Below are positions 12,001 through 24,000 of a stretch of 64,000 nucleotides of DNA, in pieces. How positions within the stretch are numbered: the stretch's first letter is position 1; each line of letters opens with the position of its first letter. The translations under genes and the position numbers were made by a program. The notes below the pieces were generated by a model that saw only the letters and a program-made list of their open reading frames with translations, ran no database searches and had not been told where the DNA came from. Origin of the DNA: Lentisphaeraceae bacterium (GTDB taxonomy: Bacteria; Verrucomicrobiota; Kiritimatiellia; RFP12; DVOR01); contig SFJE01000012.1 in assembly GCA_004555175.1 (NCBI GenBank), forward strand, positions 2,961-66,960. Direction: 5' to 3'.

Positions 12001-15000
12001 CACCTACTTCGTGGTCGATGCCGGGCGCGAGGTGGTCTTTAGTGGCTACGACTTCGCCACGCCCACCATTCCCAATCAGTTCTTCTACAAGTGGAATGTC
12101 TCGGCCGCCAATGACCTGCAGGCTTGGCACCCCTCCGCCTCCGACACCGGCCCCACCGAAAACGAGAGCGAGATCTGGCAGACCATTGACGAGCGCACCC
12201 TCGCGGCCAGTAGCTCCCTGCTCAAGGCCAATAGTTGGATGACGACGCGCGGCTACGCCTTCACCAACAAGGGCTCGGGCTTCTGGTCGAGCCTCTCCGG
12301 TCCGGTGAAAGTGTCCTCCGGGGCGACCTTCGACCTCACCTCCGCCGTCGGCAACACCCATATCCTCGAGGACTCCCTGACCCTCGCCTCCGTGACCGGT
12401 GAGGGCACACTCCGGGTGCCGACCTCCCTCAACCTGACACTCGATACCCTCAACATCGGCAAGTTGCAGTTGACCGGCTCGACCATCCTCACCCAGCCGA
12501 TTACCGCCACCTCGGCCACCGTGACCACCTTGGCGCTCGATAGCGAGGTGGCCCAGGCCTACACGGATAACGGTGGGGTCGACTTCGTCCTGCTCACCAA
12601 CTGCACCGCGAAGCCGGCCCTTAGTTGGCCCGACGGGGTGCCGCAGACCACAACCGATGGCGGCACCTGGGGGCTTGTGTTGTTGGAAGAAGATAAGACC
12701 CTGCACTTGCGACTCTCCGGCTCCAAGCGCGAAATCAAGGCCACGATTTCCGGCACCAAGACCTGGAGCGACCTCCAGTGGACCGACCCGTTGGGCGTGA
12801 ACGTGAGTCTCACATCGCCCACCGACGCCATTGTCGAGCGTGTGGTACTTGTCCCCGAAGGCGAAGGGGCCACCCTCTCTTCGATGGACTTCACGCAGTT
12901 CCCGAACCTCAAAAATGTCCTCTTGGCGGAAGCGGGTGGCACCTTGACCCTCAGCGACACCTCGGCCCTCACGAGCAACGCCAATGTGCTCTTGACGGTG
13001 CCCCAGGCGGCGACCTTGCGTGTCACCTCGCCCGATGCCCTGGCCTTCGCCAAGAACAGCGCGAGCAACTTGCAGCTCAATAACGCCAACATCCGCCTCC
13101 GCGGGGCCGGCACCCTTTTGCTCGACTTTGCGGATGCGGCCAATGTCCTGCTAATGGTCGGCAACCAGGGCCTCTTCACGGGTAACATCACCGTTGCCTC
13201 CGGTACGCTGAAGTTCCCGAACAACTCTTCCGGCACCGGCCCAGTCTACAACCGTACCATCACCGTCAAGGGCGAGAAGGCCAAGCTCGCTACAGGCACG
13301 AACACCGATGCCACCGGTTGGAGCTACGGTAGCGGTAAGTTCATCTTCCGCGAGGGTGCCACCTTCGAGGTCTATAAGCGCGACACGTACAAGGCGCCTA
13401 TCGAACTCTGTGGGGCAACCATCCGCCTAATGGCGGGTGCCACCGAATCTAATCGCGGCATTGACCTCTACGAGAGCCCCTCGACCACAGTCCTGGCAGC
13501 TGATGGAGCCACGGCCGAGAATCCCACCGTCTCCAAACTCACCTTCGCCGAGAATGCTTCGGCCTCTGACCGCATCGCGTATGTCCGTGGGGGCAACTGG
13601 ACGGTCAATGTGGCGGAGCATGCGCGCTTCGACATTGAGGCCACGTTGGGCGCAGACAACTCCGATCGCACCCTCATTAAGGCGGGCGCGGGCGAAATGG
13701 TGCTTGCCACAACCGTGAATAACTGCCTCAACACCCTGATTAACGCTGGCACCTTGCGCGTAACGGGCACCACCGGTACGGGCTCGACCATCGTTAAGGG
13801 TGGGGCGACGATCTGCGGCACTGGCACGGTCCGCGGCACCATCTCCTTCGCCTCGGGCGGCCTCCTGGCGGTTGACCCAGCGGTTGTGGAGCCACTGACC
13901 ATCTCCCGCTTTGCGCAGACCACCTCGTGGGCCAACATCACCCTCACTGGCACGCCCACGCAGACCTTCCCCATCCTGCGCGCAACGGCCGAAAACTTCA
14001 AGTTATTGACGGACTACTTCAAGACGGATGAGGCCTTCCCCACGAATGACTATAGCCTCGTGGTGGTCGATAACGTCCTCTATGCCAAGAAGATTCTCAA
14101 GCAGGGCGATCAGGTTGTCGAGGCGCCGACGAGCCTGCAGGCGACCGTCCCGAGTGGGACCACCAATTGGAGCGAGCTCACCTGGACCACCGACAGCTCC
14201 ACAGAGGTCGACGCCGAGGCCATCGACTGGTGGCAGGTCAAGAGCGTCTCGCTGACCGCGGCGGAGGGGGCCGTTGATGCCACGGTCGACCTCGATCTTC
14301 CGCTCTACAATGTTCAGACCCTGACCCTTGCCGGCGCGCTGACCCTCACCGGCAACGAGGGCAATCGCCTCAACGGCTGCACCTTGGCGCTGACCAATGG
14401 CGCCACGGCCACCATCAATGGCCTCTTCGATGGCGCCACGGCAGTCTCCCTCTCGGGCAATGGCACCGTTACCTGGGCAGCCGACCACACGGGCACCCTC
14501 TCCCTCGCCGCCGGGACCACCCTCACGGCTCCAGCCGGGATTACCCTGTCGGCCCTCGACTGCACCGCGGGCGGCACCCTCGCCGTTGACCCTGCTAACC
14601 CCTACACCGTCACGGCCATCACCGGTCAGGCGACGGTGAAGGCAACGGGGTCGATCTCGGACGGGGTCTCCCTGCTCAAGGTGGGCTCCACCGTGGCTGT
14701 GGTGAACTTCGCCCTGGATACAAACTTCCCGGCTGGCTACGGCTTGGCGGTGGACAACGGCACCCTTAAGGCCGTTGTCGGCAGCGAAGTGATGGCCGTG
14801 GTCTCTGGCGCGGCCGTGTGGGAGAGCCTCACCTGGACCGATACGCGCGGCAATGCCTTCACGCCGACTTGGTCGAACATCCGTGCCGTCACGCTGAAGG
14901 TGACCGATTCGGCCACCCTTGCCCTGCCGACGCTTAGCCTTGCTTCGCTCGCCATTGACTTTGGCGAGACGGAAGAGAAGTCCCTGACACTCAATAGTTC

Positions 15001-18000
15001 AACCTCGCAGACGCTCCCTGCCCTCTATGTGCTCGGCACCAACGGCGGTGATGTCCTCTGCAACGATGGCACGCTGACCCTCTCGGCTCTTTCCGCCTCG
15101 GCCCCTTACGTTGGCGTCACCGCTGAGATGCTCTCTGGCTTGACCTCGGGAACGAACACCTACACCTTCGCCAGCGACGCCGTGCTGGGGCTTTATTGCA
15201 CCGCCTCGGGCTCTTCCATCGCGGGATACCTCAAGGCCCCCCAGCGCGGCATTGCCATCCGCTCGGGAACGCTCAAGGCGAGTCGCGAGGATAACTTCGG
15301 TGGCTCGAGCGATAACACCAAGATTCGCATTGACGCGGATGCCACTTTCGATGTGGATGGGTGGGCAATCACCTGCGAGCCGACGTTGAATGGCGGTACC
15401 CTAAGGAACAACACACGCCGGACAAAGGGCAATGGCTTGAATACCGATGAGACGCAGCGCCAGCTCTTCAATATCACCCTGACGGCGGATTCGATTATCG
15501 ACAATGCCGAGATGCTCAATTCGGTGGCCAGCAACTGGAATGCGCAGACGTTGACCCTAAATAGTCACACGCTCACCAAGCGCGGTAATGGCTTCTTCGG
15601 CTTTAGAACTGCCTCCGTGGCGGGAGATGGCGTCCTCAACATTGAGGCCGGCACCTTGAAGTTGGCAGACGATTGCACGCTCTCCGGGAATGTCTCGGTG
15701 CAGGTGGCAAAGGGGGCGACCTTCACCTTGACCGGCACGCGCACGCTCTCTGCCGGCGCTACCCTTACGCTTGAAGGTACGATGGACCTTGCAGCCACCC
15801 TCACGGGCGAGGGAGCTGTGACGGTGGCCTCTGGGTCGGTCTCCCTCTCGGGGCTGACCACCTACACGGGGCTGACCACCGTGCAGGGTGGGGCGACGCT
15901 CTCGGCGGCTTCCCTGGCCGGTTCGTTGACCTGCGAGACGGGGGCCACCCTCAAGCCGCGCGCCATCGACACGCCCCTCTCCCTGGGCGGCACCCTCACG
16001 GCCACCAATCTGGTTATCGACCTCTCGGCCTTCGCCGAGCAGCCCGAGACCATCCCGCTCTTCACCTCGCCGAATGAACTCACCACGACGATGGTGGCAA
16101 CCGCTGGACGCTATAAGCCGGCCGTCGTGCAGATGGAGGATGGCACCTGGAAGCTCTCCTACGTCTATCGCTTTGACGGTGATACGGCGCTCACCTGGGA
16201 GGGCGGCGCGACGGGCGACCTCGCCGATGCCACCTGGCGCGCGGATGGCGTGAGCGGCCTCTCGCTCCTCGCCTCCAACGGGATGATCTTCCCGGCGGAC
16301 GGCACCTACACGCTCACCAATAACAACAATTTGCTCCTGGCCTTTCCGACAGGGGCCGTCACGATCGGCGCGAATGCCACCGTGACCCTCTCCTCTACGC
16401 GTGAGCAGAGCGGTCTCTGCGGTGATGTCACCCTCGAGAATGGGGCCACCTTGAAGTTGGTGGACTCCTTTGCGGCCTACGCAGGCATTACGGGCAGTGG
16501 CGCCACGCTGGAGATGGATGTGTCGATGCTCGCGGTTCCAAGGGGAGACCTCTCCGTTGGTACTTTGAAGCTGACCGGTTCGACCTTGCCTACGGGGACT
16601 CCGCGCGAGACCTTCACCTGCACCACGCTGGTCTTCTCTGAGGAACTCGTGGCTGCCATCGAGGCAGCGACGACCCAGCAGGGCACCATCCTGACCCTGG
16701 CCTCGGCCTATACAGGCAACGTGCCGCCAGCGTGCACCACCCTGCCGGCGGGCTATGCGCTGAAGAAGACTGAGGCGGGTGCCTTGGTGGTGGCCTTCAC
16801 TGCCCAGGTGGTGACGAAACTCTACGCCCAGGTGTCTGGCAGTGGCGCCTGGACGGGCCTCACGTGGTACACCGATGAAGCGTACACCACTAAGCCCACG
16901 GCGATTGCCTGGGGCGCGGTCACTGCGGTCACCTTGACGAATACCGCCAACGCGCCGGTCGCGCTCACCCTGCCGGGCAACCTGACGGCGCTGACCACGA
17001 TGACCATTGGCTCCGCCTCCAAGGCGATTACCCTCTCTGGGGCTACGCTTCCGACGCTGAACTCCCTCACGCTCAATGGCCCGCTCACGCTGGATGGCGC
17101 GGTCATCTCCACCATCCCGGCCTCCCTTTCCGGCACGGGCACTCTTACCTTCAAGAATGCTGCCGTCTCCTCCACGCGAGGGGATAACGATGGTAGCAAC
17201 TTCGCCTATAATGATTTCACCGGCCGTTGGGTGGTGGAGAGAGGGGCCACGCTCACCTTGGCAGAGACAGCCACGGAGAACCAACTGGGACTCTTGAACT
17301 GGGATAGCAATGTTGCTGATTCTGGTCAGATTGAGGTTCGCGCTGGCGGCACCTTGGCGGTCAATCAGAAGAACGCCTTCGGGTGGAATAATGTGAGCGC
17401 CCAAAAGGACCACACGGTCCTCGTGGTCGATGGCGGCACGGTGACCATCGGCACAAACGAGCAGCACTTCCGCCGCAAGATGGAGTGGCACCCCGGGGCC
17501 GTGCTTGATAACCAAGGCACGACGTTCTACCTAACGCGCGGCGTTACGATGAATGTTGTTGCTGGGGAGTCGACCGCACCGGTCATCTTCCGGGGCAACG
17601 CCATCAAACTGAAGGGCGACAATGCGTGCGATGGCAATGCGAACACGGCCTTTGTGGTGGCCGCGGGGGCCGTCTTGCAGGTGGATGCGACGATTGTGCA
17701 GAGCAATGCGGATGACGCGCTGACGCTCTCGGGGGCGGGCACGGTGCTCCTCAATGGCGCGAATACGCACACGCAGGCGACAACCGTTGCGGCCGGGACG
17801 ACTATCGGCGGTACGGGATTGGTTACCAATTCGGCGGTTACCTTTGAGGAGGGCTCCAAGCTCTTGGCCGAAGGCGGTAGCAGCGTCCTAACGCTCAATG
17901 ACGCCACGGGCAGGGCGCAGGTGGTCCTGGACGAATCGGTGGCCGAGAGCGCCCTTCCGATGGCGGTGCTCAAGACGGCTGAGACGGCAACGGTGACCTT

Positions 18001-21000
18001 GGTTCCCCCGGCCGATTACCAGATCTCCTCTGCCACGGCCGATGGGGTGACCACCCACACCCTCGATCTCATCCGCTACACGGCCCTGACCGCGACGGTT
18101 GATGGCACGAAGGGCTGGAATGAACTCTCGTGGCAGACGCCCGACGGCACGCCCATCGCTTCGCCTCGCTGGGCGTGGGTGACGGCCTTGACGCTCAATG
18201 TCACCGCCGATGCCTCGCTGACGCTCCCGGGCAACTTCTCGAGCATCACCTCCTTGACGCTCCCCGGCACGGGCACGCTGACCCTCTCCGGCGGCTCCCT
18301 CCCGGCATTGACCTCCCTCTCGCTCTCGGGCAATCTGACCCTCGATGGCGCGGTCATCACCACCATCCCGGCTGCCCTCTCCGGCACCGGCACCCTTACG
18401 CTTAAGAACGCTGGCGAGGTCACTTCGTCTGCGGCGGGCGGGGCATCTACCTTCGCTTATAACAGCTTCACTGGGCGTTGGATTATCGAGACTGGAACCA
18501 CGCTCAATCTCGCGGGTGGTGGTGGCCAGTATGGCCAACTTGCCAAGAGCGATGTTGAAGGCTCCGGGCAGATTGTCGTTAAGGCGGGTGCGACGGTCAA
18601 ACTCTCGGAGGACCACGTCTTCGGCTGGAAGGATATCGATGCGCAGTGCAACCGGACGGTTCTGGTGCTTGATGGCGGTGCCTTGGTCAACAACGCCGAG
18701 CAGTATCTGCGCCGCACCTTCGAGTTGAAGAATGGAGCCACCCTCTCCGATCCGAATGGAAATTTCTGGCTTGCGCGTGCTGGGCGCCTACTTGTCTCCG
18801 AGGGATTGGCGACCATCCTTGATAGTGGGAGCGGGCCGAAGTTAGGCTGCGATGGTGCCACCAACGGTTCCAACTCGACAAGCGCTCCGAGCCGAATTGA
18901 GGTGGGTGTGGGCGCGACCCTGACGGTTGAGGCTTCGCTCACCGATAAGGAAACCGATCATGCGTATGCGCTAGCGCTCTCGGGGGCGGGCACGGTGCTC
19001 TTTAATGGCGCGAATACGCACACGAAGGCGACAACCGTTGCGGCCGGGACGACTATCGGCGGTACGGGGTCGATTACGGCCTCCAGCGTCACGCTGCACG
19101 GTAGCAAGATTCTGACCAACGCCAGCGGCGAGGCGCTGACCCTCTCGACGGTCACCGGCTCGGCGACAATCGTCGTTCCGGAAGGCTTCCCGACGACGGG
19201 CACCACGGCGGTCCTCAAGACCAACTCGACCTCCGCGCCCACGCTCACGCCGCCCACGGGCTATGTGATGAGCGAAGCGACCGCAGATGGCATCAAGAAG
19301 ACCGTCTACCTGGAGTGGATGCCCTACGATAGCCTAACGGCTGAGGTCTCCGGTACGGTCGCCCTCTCGGCGCTCAACTGGAAGACCCCCGAGGGAACGG
19401 CGGTTGCCTCGCCTGAGTGGCGTTTTGTCAACACGGTCACCTTCAAGGGGCTCACGGCCGATGCCACGGTGACGATGGATGGCGAGCTCGCGGAGACCGT
19501 GACAACCCTCACAGGCACCGGCGAGACGGTCACCCTCGCGGGTGAGATGGCCTGGACCGTTGGTACGCGCACCTTTGCGGGTAACCTCGCCCTCTCGCGT
19601 GCGCTGGCTTCGGGGACTCTTTCGGTCGCCACCGGTGCCACCCTCACCCTCTCGGCGGATAACAGCGCCTTTACCGGCACCCTCAACCTCGCCGCCGGCT
19701 CAACGCTCCGCGCCACGCAAGTTAGCGCCCTCGCCTTCGCACAAACGGATGGCGTGGTCGATTTTGGTGTGACAACGCTTCCGATTATGGGTAATGGAGT
19801 GTTGGAACTGGCGTTGCCGAAGGCTGAAACCTTGCAGGTAAAGTCTTCTACTGCCACGCCCACGGTGCGTTTTGCCGGAGACATCTTGGTCTCTTCCGGA
19901 ACAATGAAGTTTCCCAATTCGGCAGTGGCAGGTAATAACTGGGCGGATGCTTGGGGCCCTGTCTATGCGCGCACGATTACCGTGCGTGGCGAACGGGCCA
20001 AACTCGCAACCGGAAGTAATACCGATGCCACGGGCTGGAGTGTCGGAACTAATCAGAAGCTTATCCTTGAAGAGGGCGGTAGCTACGAACTTTCCAAGCG
20101 TGACACCTTCAAGACGCCGCTCGAGATGACAGGTGGTATTATCCGCCTAATGCCTCATACAGAAGTCAACCTCAACTGTGCTCTGCAGATCTTCAATGGG
20201 CAGCAGACAACCGTTAAGGCGGTGAATGGGGCGACAAGCGCGTCGCCGACCATCTCGAAGCTCACCCTTGAGGCGTCCGACGAAACCGGCGATTGGCGCA
20301 AGGCAATGATTACCAATGCCAACTGGCAGGTGACGGTGGAGGAGAACGCACAGTTCTACATCGATGCCGTCCTCAGCGGTGATTGGGGCTTTGTCAAGTC
20401 CGATAAGGGCGAGATGGTCCTGGCGGCAGAGAATGTCTACACAGGCGTGACGACCATCAACGCCGGCACCTTGCGCGTGACCGGCACCACGGGCGCAGGT
20501 ACCACCACTGTCGAGAACGGGGCGATAATCTGCGGCTCGGGCACGGTTAAGGGGGCCTTGACCTTTGAGGATGGGGCCATCTTCGCGGCGGACCCGGCGG
20601 ATTCGCTGACGGTCAACGGTGCGGTGACAGCAGGGGGCACGGTGATTGTGCGCCTGGCCTCGGTGCCGACGGAGACGGTGGCGCTGCTAACGGCGGCATC
20701 CCTGCCGGCGGTGAGTGCCTTCTCGGCGGAGAACCTGCCCGAGGGCTTCGCGCTGGTCGTTGTGGGCAACACGCTCTATGCGGAGAAGCAGACGGCTCCG
20801 ACGCTTGTTCAAGCGACGGTCAACGGGGACGCTGCTTGGGAGAGCCTCTCCTGGCAGACGATGGCGGGCACAGCCCTCTCCGGCACGATTGATTGGGCCA
20901 CCCTTGAGGCGGTCACCCTCCACATTTCCGAGGATGCCACGCTCTCGGGTGTGCCGGCGCTGAAGACGGATGGGCAGTTGGTGCTCGACTTTACCGCGGC

Positions 21001-24000
21001 TACGGAAAAGACGCTGACCCTTGAGGCTACGGAGAGCCGGACCCTCCCGGCGGTGACCATCGCGGGCACGGCGGGCGGCAACCTCTTGGCCGACAGCGCC
21101 ACCTTCACCCTAACCTCGCTCGCGGCGGCTTCGGGTTGTCCCTACCTCGGCACCTCGCCCGAACTCCTGGGCACGCTTACGGCGAGCACCATCACCTTCT
21201 CGGAGAATGCACTGATTGGTCTCCTCTGCTCGGCTGATGGGAGTTCGCTCCCCCTTGGGAAGACCCTTAAGGCCCCACAACAGGGCTTCGCCATTCGTAC
21301 GGGCACCTTCCAGCCGGTGCAAGCAGACACCTTTGGGAATAACACGGTCAATACGAAGATTCGCGTAGACACCGGGGCAGCCCTGGATGTGAACGGTTAT
21401 GCAACTACCTGCGTCTTGACGCTCAATGGTGGCACCCTGACAAATACGGGGAATGGTGTTGGCAGTAATTCGCGGCAGTTGGCCAATATCACCTTGACGG
21501 CTGATTCTGTTATCGAGACTTCCAAGGAGATTAATTCAATCGACCACTACTACGCTGTGCAGACACTGACGCTCAATGGACATACCTTGACCAAGCGCGG
21601 GAGCGCGACCTTCGGCTTCTACAACGCGAGTATCGTCGGTGGTGGCGGGCGTATCGTGGTCGAGGAGGGCACCTTGCAGTTCATCGATAACGGTTCTAAG
21701 GCGAATACCATCAGCGGTGCGGTCACCTTTGAGAACAAGGGCGGCACGCTGACGCTCTCGGATGCTTACACCGTTGCGGCGGATAGCACGCTCACCTTCA
21801 AGGGCAATGTGACGGTGACCAGAGCGCTGACGGTGGGGGAGAATGCGGGCGTCAAGATTGCCTATGATGGCGATGTAGTGCCGACGAGCGGCTTGGCCTC
21901 CCTCGATACCTGCGCGCAGGTTACCTTCTCCGAGACCTTCTGGAAGGCTATCGAGATGAAGACCGCCGCCATGGGCACCGTCTTCACGCTAGCCACCTCC
22001 TACGGTTTGTCCACGGCGCCCTACTTCGAGTCAAAGACGGGTTATGCGCTCGAGGCGCAGGTGACCTCTGCCGAAGGTGCCGAGACAACGACCTATGCCT
22101 TGGTCTTAACCTACGCGGGGGCTATCTCCGATGTGACGGCGGTTCAGGCAACGGTCTCGAGGAATGCCAACTGGTCGGCCCTGGCGTGGAAGGATATGGA
22201 TGGGAACGCCGTCACGCCTACGTGGGGCAAGGTGACCTCCGTCACGCTGACGGCTGAAGCTGCGGCGACGATCACGGTGGATCTGCCGATTGCTACGGTG
22301 ACCTCGCTCACGGCCACGGGCTCCGGGGCGTTGACCCTTGCGGCAGGGACCTCGGCGGGTTTCCCCACCGGCACCCTCACCCTGACGAATGCCAACCTCA
22401 CGGTGCGCGACCTCTATGCTCCGGCAGCCGCGGTCACGGTCTCGGGCACTGGCACCGGCTCGCTCACCTGGGAGCTCACCCGCGGCGTTGCGCACACTGG
22501 CGCAATTAAGACGCCCTCTACGGTGGCCTTCAAGACCCAAGGCGATATGACCTTGAGTTCGACCTCCAACTACTTCCGGGGCTCCTTCTCGGTTCTCTCG
22601 GGCGAAACTGTGCTCTCCTGCGGTTCGCAGGGCGGTGGCGAGGGGGCAACCCGAGGCCTAGAGGGCGATGTGACCATCGCGCAAGGGGCAACGCTGCGCC
22701 TCAAGAGCGGTGATGCCTTTGACTACTCGCTCAGCACCTCTTCGCCGCAGCAAATTAATGTCCTGGGCACGCTCGCTATCGACGCGAAAGCAACGCTCCT
22801 GCCGGTGAATACGCTCTTGCTCGGTGAAGGGGCGCAAGTGACCTCCTCGCTTGACACCCTTGCGCTGGACTTCTACGGGGCGAATGTGCCGATTAAGGTG
22901 ACTGGCCCCGGGGCTGTCATTGACGCGAAGATCGGTGCTCACGATGCGAACAAGTCGGCTACGGCGACCTTCTCGCAAGGGGCCTCGCTCGAACTCAGGT
23001 CTGCCCTCAACTCGACCTCCTTCTCGCTGACGACGGCCTTGGCCAATGCGGCGAGCGAGGGGACGCTGATTCTGACAGGGGCGCAGAGTGGCACCGGTAC
23101 CTTGAGGGTGGGCGACGGGGTTATTCTCGCCGGGTCGGGTTCCTGGGGCGATGCGGTCATCTTCGAGGCGGGGGCCAAGCTGTTGGTTGATCCGGCGGCG
23201 GAGGCTCCGCTGACGCTGAATGGGGCGATTAGCGACAAGGCCCAGGTGGTCTTGGCGTCGACGCCAACGACACCCTCGACAGCGGCGGTGAAGACGACCG
23301 CAGAGAATGTCACCCTCTCGACGGGCAACTTCACTGCCCCTGAGGGCTATGAGCTGACCCTCAGCGCGGACAGCAAAACGCTCTATGTGACGAAAACCAA
23401 GAAAGTCTACACATCCCTAACCGCGACGGTTGACGGCACAGTCACCACCTGGTCTCAGTTGCCGTGGACAACGGATGGGTCGACCGAGGCAACAGACATC
23501 AACTGGGCCTTCGTGGAAGAGGTATATCTGACTGTTGAGGCAGATGTGGCTCTGCGGGTGGATGTAGCCTTGCCGAAGGTCGCAGCGCTTTATGCACTGA
23601 CATACTCTCAGGCGAATGTAACTCTAACATCCACCTTGTCAGAGGCACCCTTTACTGCATTAGCGACACTCTCAACAATGGCGAATATCGATTTTGCAGT
23701 AGGGACAGTAGCGAAGGTGCCAGCGAACATTCAGCCGAGCCTTTATATTACGGTTCGTTTTGCCGATAATCTCATAGCGGCTGTTCAAGAGGCTGTGATT
23801 ATTGGAACTGGAAGTGCGAGTTGCACGGTGGTCTTTGACGGGACCAACACCTTTACGGCGCCGGTGACGGTGAAGAAGGGGGCGACGCTGGCGGGCTCGG
23901 GGCGTCTGGCGGCGGATGTCACCTTCGAGAACGGCTCGGCGGTCTTGGCCGATGGCGCTGCGCTCACAGTGGGCACGGTGACGGTGGCTGATGGGGCAAC

